This document shows positions 35,289 to 45,880 of a DNA stretch of 64,000 nucleotides, piece by piece (position 1 is the first letter of the stretch; each line of letters opens with the position of its first letter). The stretch spans positions 416,001 to 480,000 of the forward strand of contig CAXXYE010000009.1 in NCBI GenBank assembly GCA_963674865.2, written 5' to 3'. The notes under the pieces were generated by a model, which ran no database searches, was not told where the DNA came from, and saw nothing but the letters and a program-made list of their open reading frames with translations. The position numbers were made by a program, and so were the translations under genes. Origin of the DNA: Candidatus Hydrogenedentota bacterium (lineage in GTDB: Bacteria; Hydrogenedentota; Hydrogenedentia; Hydrogenedentales; SLHB01).

Positions 35289-37850
35289 ATGCCTTCCATT
35301 CATGATGGACCTCACTCACCCCTTTTTGAGCCGCTTGTATTCAAGGGCAACACGACGTTGAAGGGCCTGGCCGGGGTGGATATCCCGGAGAAGATGAAGG
35401 AGAACTTGGCGCATGCGCCGTCGGGCGCTTGTACGTGCTGGGGGCTGCCTTTCGAGGTGGGACGCGTTGCGTGCATCAAGGATACGCCGCTTTCCGTCAC
35501 GACGGCGCCCACGAAGGCGCAGTGGCTGGTGTTCATGCACACGACGGCCCCCGAGCCCCTCGAATGGAACGAGCATGGCGTCATCTCGCCGACGCGCGGC
35601 GCGGGCCGGCTCAAGGAGCAGGTCGCTGACTATGTCATCTGCTATGCCGATGGCTCGGAGGCCCGCGCGGCCATTCGGCGGCGGTTCGAGGTCGGCATGG
35701 CCTCCCGTGGCTGGGGGGAGAACTGCTTCGCGGCGGTGGGCTGCCGCAAGCCGCATCCCGTCCCGGCGCATCATGAGCAGCCGGGATTCCCCGATTTGCC
35801 TTGGGGCCAGTCGCAGACGCGGGCGTGCCATCCTGATATCCTCCCTTGGACGAATTGGCTCTGGGCCTGGGAGAATCCCCATCCGCGCAAGGCTATTGCG
35901 GGATTCCGCTTCGAGCCGCAGGGCAAATGGGTGCTGGTCTTCGGCGTTGCGGCGGGCAAGGCATCGGCTATGCCGCTTCGCTGGGAGCGGCGGCGGAAGG
36001 CCATGTTCCGCCTGCCCAAGGGCACGGCATTCGATCCTACGCTCGATTCCCGGGGGCAATTGAGCCAGATTCAACTCGATCTGGGCCAAGTCATCTCGGC
36101 CCGGCCGCGCATGCTGTATCCGAACGAGGCATGGGCGAAGACGTACAATAACAAGCCGCCCGAGCTCTCATCGCGCGAGGTCCTCGTCGAGTATACGGCG
36201 CATCCCGACGCCCGCTTTCACCTGCCTGGCGGGAAGGTTGTCCCGGCGGCTAAGGTGGCCGCGGCGGCGCGCGGCCCGCTGACGCCCATCGAGCCGGCGA
36301 CGCAGCGCGTTATGCTGCGCGTTGTCGAGAAGGATGGCCGCAAGCCGGTGGCCGTTAAATTGCACGTCCATGGCGAGGCAGGGGAATACCTGCCGCCGCT
36401 CGATCGTCACCGCGTGCCTAATGCGGCCTGGTTCGAGGACTACAGTCCGGAATTCCTGAACCAGGGACTCCATTACTGCGCGTATATTCCCGGTGAAACG
36501 TCTATCGATCTGCCGCTCGGCAAGGTGTACATCGAAGTAAGCAAAGGCTTCGAAATCAAACCTGTGCGCAAGGTCCTTGAAGTCACTCCGGGCACGAAGA
36601 GATTGACCTTAAGCGTCGAGAAAGTCCTTCCCTGGCGCGAGCGGGGATGGGTTACCGCCGACACGCACGTTCATTTCCTGTCGCCATCCACGGCCCGTCT
36701 CGAAGGCGCCGCCGAGGGCGTGAACGTTGTCAATCTTCTCGCGAGTCAATGGGGCGAGTTGATGACTAATGTGGGCGACTTCGACGGCAGGACGACCTTC
36801 GGCTCGAAGGAGGCGGGGGGTGATGGCGAGTATCTCGTCCGCGTCGGCAGCGAGAACCGCCAGCATGTTCTCGGCCATATTTCGCTCTTAGGATATCAAG
36901 GCAACATCATCGCGCCCATGACGACGGGCGGCCCCGATGAATCGGCCCTCGGCGATCCCGTCGAGATCCTGCTGGCGGAGTGGGCGCGTCAATGCAGGAA
37001 GCAGGGCGGGCTGGTGGTGCTGCCCCACTTCCCCAATCCGCGCGCGGAGCACGCCGCGGCCTTGATCCACGGCGATATCGACGCCATCGAGATGACCTCC
37101 TGGGGCAACTTGTACGGCGGCATCGACCCCTACTCCCTGTCCGATTGGTACCGCTACCTCAACTGCGGCTATTTCGTGCCGGCCGTGGCGGGCACGGATA
37201 AGATGTCGGCCACGACGGCCGTCGGGACGGTGCGCACGTACGCGAAGATTGCGCGCGGCCGTCCATTCGATTACGAAGCTTGGAAAGACGCGGTGCGCTC
37301 GGGCCAAACGTTTGCCACCTATGGCCCGCTGCTGGAGTTCGCCGTGGAAGGGAAGCCGGCAGGCACGTGGATCAAGATGAAGCGCGGCGGCGGCACGGTG
37401 GATGTCACGTGGCAGGCGGCGAGCGTCACGATTCCCATGACGCGCGTCGAACTCATCAGCAATGGCGAGATCATCGAGAGCCGCTCCGTGCGTTCCCGAA
37501 GCGATGAAGGGCACTGGTCGGTGAAGGTGGAGCGCAGCGCGTGGCTCGCGCTCATCGTGCGCGGCCGGTACACCGATATGCCGGAGATCATCGCGGCGCA
37601 TTCATCGCCGGTGATGGCGCCCGTCGCGGGAAGCCCCTTCTTCGCGAAGGCCGATGCCGTGACGATCCTCGAGCAGATTGAAGGGGCGCTGGCTTACCTG
37701 GACACGATGGGGATTCGCGCCGAGGACAAGGCTTACAAGCGGATGCGCCTCGTCTTGACAGGCGCCTACCGTGAACTTCACAACCGGATGCACCAGGCCG
37801 GGCATTTCCATGATCATTCGCATGCCACGGATCATCCTGAGCACCATTAG
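35289..37850 (+). CDS. CehA/McbA-family (PHP-like) metallohydrolase
   Basis: ADTHVH, GHISLL, VLPHFP, WYRYLNCG, AGTD, TFATYGPLL, AHSSP, and a His-rich C-terminal tail. Confidence 0.82.
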   Translation: MPSIHDGPHSPLFEPLVFKGNTTLKGLAGVDIPEKMKENLAHAPSGACTCWGLPFEVGRVACIKDTPLSVTTAPTKAQWLVFMHTTAPEPLEWNEHGVISPTRGAGRLKEQVADYVICYADGSEARAAIRRRFEVGMASRGWGENCFAAVGCRKPHPVPAHHEQPGFPDLPWGQSQTRACHPDILPWTNWLWAWENPHPRKAIAGFRFEPQGKWVLVFGVAAGKASAMPLRWERRRKAMFRLPKGTAFDPTLDSRGQLSQIQLDLGQVISARPRMLYPNEAWAKTYNNKPPELSSREVLVEYTAHPDARFHLPGGKVVPAAKVAAAARGPLTPIEPATQRVMLRVVEKDGRKPVAVKLHVHGEAGEYLPPLDRHRVPNAAWFEDYSPEFLNQGLHYCAYIPGETSIDLPLGKVYIEVSKGFEIKPVRKVLEVTPGTKRLTLSVEKVLPWRERGWVTADTHVHFLSPSTARLEGAAEGVNVVNLLASQWGELMTNVGDFDGRTTFGSKEAGGDGEYLVRVGSENRQHVLGHISLLGYQGNIIAPMTTGGPDESALGDPVEILLAEWARQCRKQGGLVVLPHFPNPRAEHAAALIHGDIDAIEMTSWGNLYGGIDPYSLSDWYRYLNCGYFVPAVAGTDKMSATTAVGTVRTYAKIARGRPFDYEAWKDAVRSGQTFATYGPLLEFAVEGKPAGTWIKMKRGGGTVDVTWQAASVTIPMTRVELISNGEIIESRSVRSRSDEGHWSVKVERSAWLALIVRGRYTDMPEIIAAHSSPVMAPVAGSPFFAKADAVTILEQIEGALAYLDTMGIRAEDKAYKRMRLVLTGAYRELHNRMHQAGHFHDHSHATDHPEHH

Positions 37851-37874
37851 AGCGGAATTGAGGCAATAGCAGAG

Positions 37875-38762
37875 ATGAGAGGAACACGTCCACGGCGCCG
37901 CGCGTCTTGCGCGAAGATCTTCAAGCCGGCCGAAACCGCCGCCCTTGGCGTGCGGAGCGGCTGGCTTCTCAGGATGGGCGTTGGCCTGCTTGCCGTGGCG
38001 CTAGCTGGATGTAATCGCGGCATGATTCATGGGACTGTGGTTGACCTCGAGGGAGAGCCGCTTCCGGGCGTGGCCGTTGAAATCGAGGGAACGCGGACAC
38101 AGGCCCTAACGGGGGAACTGGGCGAGTACACCGTCTTCTTTCCCCCGGGGCCTATCACGCTCCGGTTCATGAAAACCGGATACACCTCGGGCCGTCTTGA
38201 GTTGACGCCTCGGGGCCGCCGCGTGCAGGCCACCAGCGTGTCGCTCTGGCGATTGCCGCAGGATAAGGGGGTGTACCTCTTTGAGGATTTCCAGTACCTC
38301 CCGACGGACTGGGTGGAGCCGGAGCAGCTTGTCACCACCGACAACCGCATCGTCTATGGCACGCGCCGCCAGATCCAATTGGCCATAACCGAGCCGGAGC
38401 CTATGCTGATCGCGCACAAGATGCAGCCGGCCTATGACGCGCAGTTCTGCCGGATGCATCTCATCGAGGTTACGTTGCAGGAGCCGGGCGGCGAGCCGTA
38501 TACGCGGGAGATCCTGACGAAGGACGAGCCCCTGCCCATCGACGTCGCGCCCGTCGATCCACCGGAGAAGCTGCTCCTGCGATTGCGGCCGCTCGAACCT
38601 CTGGAGCCGGGGGCCTACGCCGTCCATTGGGGCGCGCTGGATGGTTACCGCACCGCCGACCCGCGGATGTTTCTCTTCCGGATCGCAGCGCCCGAAGGCG
38701 AGGAGAATACCGCCCTGGAAAATCCCGAAGAGGCGCCTACGCCAGGTGATGGTGCCGGTTAA
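37875..38762 (+). CDS. Lipoprotein with carboxypeptidase-regulatory-like (transthyretin-fold) domain
   Basis: LAGC lipobox and IHGTVVDLEGEPLPGVAVEI. The true start may be 37950 or 37974. Confidence 0.75.
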   Translation: MRGTRPRRRASCAKIFKPAETAALGVRSGWLLRMGVGLLAVALAGCNRGMIHGTVVDLEGEPLPGVAVEIEGTRTQALTGELGEYTVFFPPGPITLRFMKTGYTSGRLELTPRGRRVQATSVSLWRLPQDKGVYLFEDFQYLPTDWVEPEQLVTTDNRIVYGTRRQIQLAITEPEPMLIAHKMQPAYDAQFCRMHLIEVTLQEPGGEPYTREILTKDEPLPIDVAPVDPPEKLLLRLRPLEPLEPGAYAVHWGALDGYRTADPRMFLFRIAAPEGEENTALENPEEAPTPGDGAG

Positions 38763-39741
38763 GGTCGACCTCGTGCTCAATGGGCCTGCCGCTGACGTAC
38801 GCCTCGATCTCGTCCGCCACGAGTTTCCCCTGCCGCCGGCAGTTCTGCCGCACAGCGCCCGCCACGTGGGGCGTGAGGATGCAGTTCGGGAGGGCGTAAA
38901 GCGGATTGCCTGCCTCGGGCGGCTCGGGGTCTGTCACATCGAGGCACGCGAGTATGCGTCCTTTCCGCAGTTCCGCGATGAGGGCTGGCTCATCCACGCA
39001 CGCTCCCCGCGCCGTGTTGATGAATATCGCCCCATCCCTCATAAGCGCGAGGTTATCGCCGTTGATGATGTGATGCGTCTCATCCGTCTTCGGCGTGTGC
39101 AGACTCACCACGTCCGAGCGGCGCATCAATTCATCCAGCGCAACCAGTTCGACGCCCATCGACTCGGCCTGTTCCGGCGCGACGTAGGGGTCGTATAGCA
39201 GAATGGCCGCGAGGCGGAGGGTTTTGCATAGGCGGATCATCTCTCGGCCTACGCAGCTCGCGCCGACAATGCCCACGGTTGCGCCGTATGGCTCGCGGAT
39301 CCACGGGTCGCCCGGGGTGCGATCCCATGTGCCCGCGAGGGTGGCCACGTGCAGTTGCCAGACGCCTTTCATGGATACGAGCATCATCCCGAAAGCGAAT
39401 TCCGCGACGCCTACGGCCAAGGCGGCCCGGGCGGAACTCACACGGATGCCGCGTTCCTGGAACGCCTCACCCACGATGCCCTTTACCGAGCCCGCGGCGT
39501 GGCATACCAACTTGAGGCCCGGGGCCGCGGCAAGCATGGCATCATTGATGGACTTCGACCCCCATCCCGTTATCGCGACCTCCGCTCCCGCGATCTGCGC
39601 TTGTTGTGCGTCCTCCGTCATGTCCTCGACTGAGGCGGGGCGCAGGTCGGTTGCCGCGTCGATCCTCGCCAAGTCTTCCTCGGCGAAGCAGCGCGCCTGC
39701 ATTTCCCGTGTTACCAACATCACTGTCTTCGGTTTGGCCAT
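38737..39741 (-). CDS. D-isomer-specific 2-hydroxyacid dehydrogenase family protein
   Basis: HAAGSVK, GIVGASCVG, FINTARG, LDVTDPEP, TPHVAG. Confidence 0.92.
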   Translation of the reverse strand: MAKPKTVMLVTREMQARCFAEEDLARIDAATDLRPASVEDMTEDAQQAQIAGAEVAITGWGSKSINDAMLAAAPGLKLVCHAAGSVKGIVGEAFQERGIRVSSARAALAVGVAEFAFGMMLVSMKGVWQLHVATLAGTWDRTPGDPWIREPYGATVGIVGASCVGREMIRLCKTLRLAAILLYDPYVAPEQAESMGVELVALDELMRRSDVVSLHTPKTDETHHIINGDNLALMRDGAIFINTARGACVDEPALIAELRKGRILACLDVTDPEPPEAGNPLYALPNCILTPHVAGAVRQNCRRQGKLVADEIEAYVSGRPIEHEVDLNRHHHLA

Positions 39742-39904
39742 GGCGGTATCCTTTGCGGATTGTCATGACAACGCGGCGGCGCGTTGCCTCTGGGCCTTGG
39801 CATCGGAGCCCGCTGCAACGTATACGATAGAGAACTGATTTGCAACACCCTTTGGGAAAACGATAACCTGCCATCATCTTCTTAACGTATTCCCGGAGGC
39901 GCGA

Positions 39905-40855
39905 ATGAAAAAGACTCAATTTGTCGAAGTCTTGCAGGAAGGTGACGCGGTAAATGACTATTTTGTGGCGATTCGCAAGGACTTGCGCACGCAGCAGAAT
40001 GGGGGCAAGTTCCTCGGTATGGTGTTCAAGGATCGCACCGGCGAGATAGGAGGGATCCTTTGGAATAATGCCGCGTCGGTGGCGCGTCTATTCGAATTGG
40101 GGGACGTGGTGAACGTGCGGGGGCTGGTGGTGAGCTACCAGGGGCGTCTCCAAATACGCGTGGAGCAGGTTCTTCCCTTAAAGGAAGACGAATACGCGCG
40201 TGCCGATCTGGTCGCCGAACCGGAGGACACGGGTGAGGTCCTGGGCAAATTGCGCGCGGGGCTCGAGAGCATTCAGGATGAGTGGCTCGGCGCACTGGTG
40301 AAGTCTTATCTGGATGATGAGGTCTTTATGGGGCGGTTTACCGCCGCGGCCGCGGGCAAGAAGTGGCATCACGCGTATCCGGGCGGATTGCTCCAGCATT
40401 GCTATGAAGTGAGCCGCATCGCCGAGTGCGTCTGCGAGATGTTTTCTTCGATTAATCGCGACCTGCTTCTTGCCGCCGTGTTCCTGCACGACATCGGCAA
40501 ACTCGACGAGATGACGCAAGACCTATTCGTTGAGTACTCTACCGAGGGCAAACTTCTCGGCCATCTGTACATGGGCGCGAAGGATATCGAGGTGCGTATC
40601 GCCGCTATCGACGGCTTTCCGGAGATGCTGCGATTGCAGCTCATGCATTGCGTGCTCGCCCACCACGGCGAGCTTGTCAACGGCTCACCTATTGTGCCGA
40701 AGTCTATCGAGGCGGTTGTTCTCTATCACTGCGATAACCTCGACGCCCAGGCCGATGCTTTTGAGCGGGTCAGCGAAGAGACTCGCAAGAAGGGCCAGCC
40801 TTGGTCGGACTACATTCCTCTTATCGAACGCCAGATCTGGGCGAAGGAAGAATAG
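39905..40855 (+). CDS. yhaM: 3'-5' exoribonuclease YhaM/Cbf1 family (OB fold plus HD domain)
   Basis: N-terminal OB fold (DRTGEI), HHAYPGGLLQH, LHDIGK, AHHG, DNLDA. Confidence 0.88.
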   Translation: MKKTQFVEVLQEGDAVNDYFVAIRKDLRTQQNGGKFLGMVFKDRTGEIGGILWNNAASVARLFELGDVVNVRGLVVSYQGRLQIRVEQVLPLKEDEYARADLVAEPEDTGEVLGKLRAGLESIQDEWLGALVKSYLDDEVFMGRFTAAAAGKKWHHAYPGGLLQHCYEVSRIAECVCEMFSSINRDLLLAAVFLHDIGKLDEMTQDLFVEYSTEGKLLGHLYMGAKDIEVRIAAIDGFPEMLRLQLMHCVLAHHGELVNGSPIVPKSIEAVVLYHCDNLDAQADAFERVSEETRKKGQPWSDYIPLIERQIWAKEE

Positions 40856-40889
40856 AGGTATCCCCCGCGCGAGGCGCGTCTCAAGCGAT

Positions 40890-42476
40890 CTACAACTTAG
40901 CCAGAGCGGCGTTGACGGCCGACTGCACGTCGGTTGACGTCACGCCTCCGCCGTCCAAATCGCACTCATAGGGGCCGGATGTGCCCAGGGCCGCGTTGAT
41001 CACGTATTGCACGTCTACGGCGTTGACGCTGCCGTCGCCGTCCACGTCGCCGTCGGATAGGGGCACATCCACGCGCGTTGTGGCTCCATCTGCGACGTCG
41101 ACGTCTTCATAGGTCTTGGTGATGTATCCCGCTGCGTCGAACGTCAGGGTGTAGGTCCCGGGCAGGAGCATCCTGTGGTAGTCGCCCACGTCGGGGTCGG
41201 TGAATACGCGCTGCGTGTTTTCCGCGACGGCCACCTCGGCCCAGACGGGCGCGCCGGTGGCGGCGTGCGTTACGAGGCCGCGCACGCCGATATGCACCGC
41301 CTCCATGTAGGTCAGCATCGATTCCTCGTTGTCGGCCCAGAACTGGGCGATCTCCGGTGCGGGCGGCGCCTTAATGTTCGAGAGTTCGAGCGTCACCTCA
41401 TTGCACGCGACGTACCGGTAGTTCCAGTCCTGCATGCCCCCTTCCATGGAGTACCACGCGGCCCCGTTCGTGATGCCGTCGGAGAAGGTCGTGCTGTTCC
41501 ACATGGGTTCGTTGTACTGCGAATACCGACGCGATACTTCCTCGAAGAGCAGGTCGTCGGGCGACGGTGAGTCGACGCTTCCCTTGTCGTCGTCGTCATA
41601 GGGATAATTGACCACGAGCGCGCCCGTGTGGAGGTTGGCCGATAGGACGAAGTTGTTCTCCGCCGTCCACCTCATTACGTGCGCCACTTCCGGCTGGCGG
41701 CTTGTCTCGCCCAGGGGAGCGCCGTCGTACAGTGTCCCGGGGAAATCCTCCGGATACTCCGGAAATGCGCGGTTCAAATCGACCAGATTCGCGTTGAATC
41801 GCGTGCCGGCCTCGCGGCCATCGGGATTCATCAGCGGCACGATCGAAATGGCCGTCGAGTCCACCAACTCCGTGACGCGCGTCTCGACGCCGTAGTCGGA
41901 GAGGAGCCGGTCGATAAGCAGGAGGCAGAATTCGGTGCCGAGGGGCTCGTCCCCGTGCATGGTGGACACGTACTTGAACTCCGGTTCATCTTCTTCGACG
42001 TCCGGATTGTCGGTGATCAGAAGCGCCCAGAGCTCCCGGCCCTCGGCCGACTGGCCGAGTGTGTAGAGGCGCGCGATGTCGGTATGCGCGTTGGCGTAGG
42101 TTTCCAACGCCTGTGTCACGCCGGTGTAATCGTGATAGCCGCTGGTCGCCTTGAGCCAAGTATCGGTGCGTTCGGGCTGGTAGCCGGTGACGCGAAGGGT
42201 CAGGCCTTGTGTGCGAAGTTCATCGAGTTCTTCCGGCTTGGCGTATACCGTGGCCGTATTGTCTCGTACGTTGGCGATATCGAATCCGGCATCCACAAGG
42301 GCATCCAGCGTCGCCCGGCTCGGGACCATCACTTCCACCACGGCGATCCGGCTGCCGGTGTCGGAAGCCGCTGTTTCCGGGGTTCCTGTCTCGGCGCCGT
42401 GGAGATGGGCAGGCGGGAAGAGTAGAAGCGCCGCAATCACACAGACTCTCACCGGAGACCTCCCTGATGGCCGCAA
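40890..42476 (-). CDS. Secreted M14 zinc carboxypeptidase with C-terminal dockerin-like domain
   Basis: MHGDE, NPDG, DLNR, ANLHTG, GGMQDW, ELS, a carboxypeptidase-regulatory domain, and GDVDGDGSVNAVDVQ...DLDGGGVTSTDVQ. Confidence 0.9.
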   Translation of the reverse strand: MRPSGRSPVRVCVIAALLLFPPAHLHGAETGTPETAASDTGSRIAVVEVMVPSRATLDALVDAGFDIANVRDNTATVYAKPEELDELRTQGLTLRVTGYQPERTDTWLKATSGYHDYTGVTQALETYANAHTDIARLYTLGQSAEGRELWALLITDNPDVEEDEPEFKYVSTMHGDEPLGTEFCLLLIDRLLSDYGVETRVTELVDSTAISIVPLMNPDGREAGTRFNANLVDLNRAFPEYPEDFPGTLYDGAPLGETSRQPEVAHVMRWTAENNFVLSANLHTGALVVNYPYDDDDKGSVDSPSPDDLLFEEVSRRYSQYNEPMWNSTTFSDGITNGAAWYSMEGGMQDWNYRYVACNEVTLELSNIKAPPAPEIAQFWADNEESMLTYMEAVHIGVRGLVTHAATGAPVWAEVAVAENTQRVFTDPDVGDYHRMLLPGTYTLTFDAAGYITKTYEDVDVADGATTRVDVPLSDGDVDGDGSVNAVDVQYVINAALGTSGPYECDLDGGGVTSTDVQSAVNAALAKL

Positions 42477-42609
42477 AACGCATGTCGTTCTTCGTCTCTA
42501 AGTGTACCAAACGGACAAGGAAAGCGTTACCACCTATCCCTCCAGGGGCCCAGGTAAGACTTCAGCCGTGCTTCGCGTCGATCCGCTCAGCGAGCTGATC
42601 TGTCAGTTG

Positions 42610-45600
42610 TTAGCCGCTTTGGTGGCCACCGCGAGGCTTCTCTTCGTCCGATGCCTCAAGTGCAAGGCAGCGGGCGAGCGTCTTGGCCAGTTCTTTGGGA
42701 TTGACGGGCTTGGAGACGTAGTCGTCCATCCCTGCTTCCAGGCAGCGTTCCCGATCTCCCTTCATGGCATGGGCTGTCATGGCGACAATCGGGAGGTGCG
42801 CGCCGGTCTCCCGCTCTCGCTCACGGATGGCCGCCGTTGCCTGGAATCCGTCCATCTCAGGCATTTGGACGTCCATGAGAATAAGGGCGTACGGGATGTC
42901 CTCCAGCGCCTCCAATGCCTCCCTGCCGTTCGCCACCGCGTCCGCCGTATAGCCAAGCTTCTGCAATACGGCAAGGGCGACTTTCTGGTTCACCACGTTG
43001 TCTTCAGCCAAGAGGATTCGGACCTTGCGCTTCTTGCTCTCCGCGAGATAGTGCTTCGTTATGAGCGGGCGGGCTTGGTCCTCCTTATCCTCAGGCGTAC
43101 CGCCAGCTACCGACACAAGGCAGTCGTAGAGTTGCGATTGCTTGACGGGTTTCGTCAGATACGCGGCGAAGCCAATCTCGCACGAGCGGGCCGCGTCGCC
43201 CCTTTGTCCCATCGAACTGAGCATGACGAGTACGGTGCCCTTCAGGCCAGGATCTTCCTTGATCTTCTTTCCCAAGGTCTCCCCGTCCATTTCAGGCATC
43301 ATCATGTCGACAATGGCGACGGTGAATGGGTCGCCCTCTTGGAGGGCGGCTCGGAGTTTCATTAGCGCTTCCTCGCCGCCGCTCGCCTCTGCAGAGCGGC
43401 ACTGCCAGGACTTCAGCTGGGCGCGCAAAACGTGGCGGTTTGTCTCGTTGTCGTCCACGATGAGGAAGCGCCTGCCGCGAATGTCCTCAGGTATCAGCTC
43501 GAATCGTTCCTTGCTGGCAGGTTGTTTCTCGAAGGAGACGGTGAACCAGAAGGTTGAGCCCTTGGTCAGTTCACTGTCGAGGCCAATCTCGCCGCCCATC
43601 ATTTCGACGAGTTGCTTCGATATGGTCAGGCCGAGTCCCGTTCCTCCGTATCGGCGTGTCATCGTGCCGTCCACCTGCGAGAAGGGCTGAAACAGAAGTG
43701 CCCGCTGTTGCTCCGAAATGCCTATGCCCGTGTCCGTCACGGAGAAGCGAATCGTGACGTGCGTATTGCTTTCCCTTTCCAGGGCGGCCTCGATTGCCAC
43801 TTCACCTTGCTCCGTGAACTTGACCGCGTTTCCAGTTAGATTGATCAGGACTTGGCGTAGTCGCCCCGGGTCCCCGCGCACCAGCGAGGGCACCTCCGGA
43901 TGGATCAAGCAGGTGAGTTCGATTTCTTTCTCTTGCGCCCGCGTAGCGACTATATCCATCATGTCTTCAACGGTGACGCGGAGGTCGAAGTCAATGATCT
44001 CGAGATCCAGTTTCCCGGCCTCCATCTTGGAGAAGTCGAGGATGTCGTTGACCACCGTCAGCAATGCGTCCGCCGAGTTTCTCACGGTCTCGGCGAACTC
44101 TTGCTGTTCCCGGTTCAGGTCGGTGTCGAGCAAGAGGGCCGTCATGCCGATGATGCCGTTCATGGGTGTGCGGATTTCATGGCTCATGTTTGCCAAGAAC
44201 TGATCTTTGACCTTGCTGGCCTCTTTGGCGGCAAGGGCCATCTCGTGTGCTTCTTCGATAGCCTGCTTCAGGCTCTCATTCGCGTCGGTCAACTCGCGCG
44301 TCCGTTCCGCTACGCGCTCTTCGAGCGCATCGCGAGACTGACGCAACTGTGCCATGGCTTCATCCAACTGGTTTGTGCGCGTGTTAAACCAGTGGGCAAG
44401 CACGCCTAGCTCGCTCTTTACGGGGACTGCCAGTCGCCCCGCCGTCTTTGTTCCCGAGGCGGTTGCCTCTCGAAGTTGATGGGTCATCGCCGCAAGGGGG
44501 AGCATCAAGATCCGCTGCATGGCCATGAAGGCGAGCACAATCCCAAAGATCACCACGGCGACGGTTGACATGAGGAAGGCGCGGTTGATCGAGATGGAAC
44601 TCGCCAAGGCACGGCGCAGTGGCGTGACGGTTACTACCTTCCAGTAGGTGTGCGGCACGTGGAGGAACTCCACCAGCACAGGTTCGTGCAGCAGGAGGTC
44701 GTCCGGAAGGGTGAGCCGATCACAGTCCAAGGCGTTTCGGGCCTCCTGTGCCAGTGGATCGACGAGGACGGCGGCGATTAACTGGGCCTCTCTTTCGTCG
44801 ATCTGGTAACTATCGGTATCGATTGCACGGGCCACGTCGGGATCATATCTCTCGTTCTCCTCCGCCGCACGGAGCATATTTGCATTGAGGAGGGCCAGGC
44901 GTTGAGCGATGGGGCGGAAGCGAGGTTCCTTTTCGCCCAATTCGTTGGCGTCGATGAACTCCTGCGTCTGCCGGCCCTTTTCGTCAGTGCCGTAGCTCAC
45001 GGCAATTGACTTGTCTGGGAAGGATAAGAACTTGCCGTTCCTGTCAACGGCAAAAGCATAGCCGCCAACATCCTTTACGGCCTCGTCGAAGAATTCCCTT
45101 AGGCCCTCGAGTTTCAGATCGATCGCGACGGCTCCATAGAAGCCGTCTTCCAGGTTCATCGGCGCGGTGCAGGTTACCATGGGCTCATAGGAATAGGGGT
45201 CCATATAGGACTTCGACCAGAATGCCTGGCCATCTTGGAGGTACCTAGCCGGCACATACCACTCTTCGTGGTGGTATCCGGGGCTTGCCGGATCGTTGTA
45301 GTCGTCGAAGTACTGTAGTTCGCCGCTTTCATCGCGGCCCCAGAAGAAACCGCGCCTCTCGATGTCCGGAGCGAACTTGAATGGCTCCGGCCAGATACCG
45401 CCCCCTGCGATATAGGAGCCCGTTCCTCCATACTCCAAGATGTTCTCGAAGACGGAGCTATAGGCGTCTACGTTTCGGGGAAGGGGTTCGAGGGCATTTT
45501 CCAGTGCTGTGACCAATGCCTCGGCCACTGCCACACGTTGACCGAGTCTGGCGACAATCGCCGCGCCGGACAACGCGATCCGCTCGTGGGCCTGTCTTTC

Positions 45601-45765
45601 GAGAAGTGGTTTGACCACCACCTGCTCTACAATGAGAATGGCGATGATCAAGGCCACCAGCAGGCCGCCAAACATCAAAGGGACTCGAAAGAGGAGACTG
45701 TGGCGTGGATTCACCTTGATATCTTTGGAGAAGGCGCCCAAGTCATTCCGCTGGCTGTCAGCCAT
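42610..45765 (-). CDS. Hybrid sensor histidine kinase (Cache-type sensor, HisKA, HATPase, two receiver domains)
   Basis: Two TM helices around a Cache-like domain (EWY...WSKSYMDPY). [32 protein letters not shown], and two REC domains. Confidence 0.95.
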   Translation of the reverse strand: MADSQRNDLGAFSKDIKVNPRHSLLFRVPLMFGGLLVALIIAILIVEQVVVKPLLERQAHERIALSGAAIVARLGQRVAVAEALVTALENALEPLPRNVDAYSSVFENILEYGGTGSYIAGGGIWPEPFKFAPDIERRGFFWGRDESGELQYFDDYNDPASPGYHHEEWYVPARYLQDGQAFWSKSYMDPYSYEPMVTCTAPMNLEDGFYGAVAIDLKLEGLREFFDEAVKDVGGYAFAVDRNGKFLSFPDKSIAVSYGTDEKGRQTQEFIDANELGEKEPRFRPIAQRLALLNANMLRAAEENERYDPDVARAIDTDSYQIDEREAQLIAAVLVDPLAQEARNALDCDRLTLPDDLLLHEPVLVEFLHVPHTYWKVVTVTPLRRALASSISINRAFLMSTVAVVIFGIVLAFMAMQRILMLPLAAMTHQLREATASGTKTAGRLAVPVKSELGVLAHWFNTRTNQLDEAMAQLRQSRDALEERVAERTRELTDANESLKQAIEEAHEMALAAKEASKVKDQFLANMSHEIRTPMNGIIGMTALLLDTDLNREQQEFAETVRNSADALLTVVNDILDFSKMEAGKLDLEIIDFDLRVTVEDMMDIVATRAQEKEIELTCLIHPEVPSLVRGDPGRLRQVLINLTGNAVKFTEQGEVAIEAALERESNTHVTIRFSVTDTGIGISEQQRALLFQPFSQVDGTMTRRYGGTGLGLTISKQLVEMMGGEIGLDSELTKGSTFWFTVSFEKQPASKERFELIPEDIRGRRFLIVDDNETNRHVLRAQLKSWQCRSAEASGGEEALMKLRAALQEGDPFTVAIVDMMMPEMDGETLGKKIKEDPGLKGTVLVMLSSMGQRGDAARSCEIGFAAYLTKPVKQSQLYDCLVSVAGGTPEDKEDQARPLITKHYLAESKKRKVRILLAEDNVVNQKVALAVLQKLGYTADAVANGREALEALEDIPYALILMDVQMPEMDGFQATAAIRERERETGAHLPIVAMTAHAMKGDRERCLEAGMDDYVSKPVNPKELAKTLARCLALEASDEEKPRGGHQSG

Positions 45766-45880
45766 CTCTTGCTACTCCATTTCCCGTAAGCTTGATGCCA
45801 TGGTGTTGGTGGACAGGACCGCGGGGCCGGCGTACGCCGTTCGACGGCGCCTATGTGCGTCCGCAAACTCAAAGGCGCAT

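Noticed and set aside
38737..38762. Overlap of convergent genes
   Set aside because: A 26-bp 3' overlap is ordinary in GC-rich genomes.
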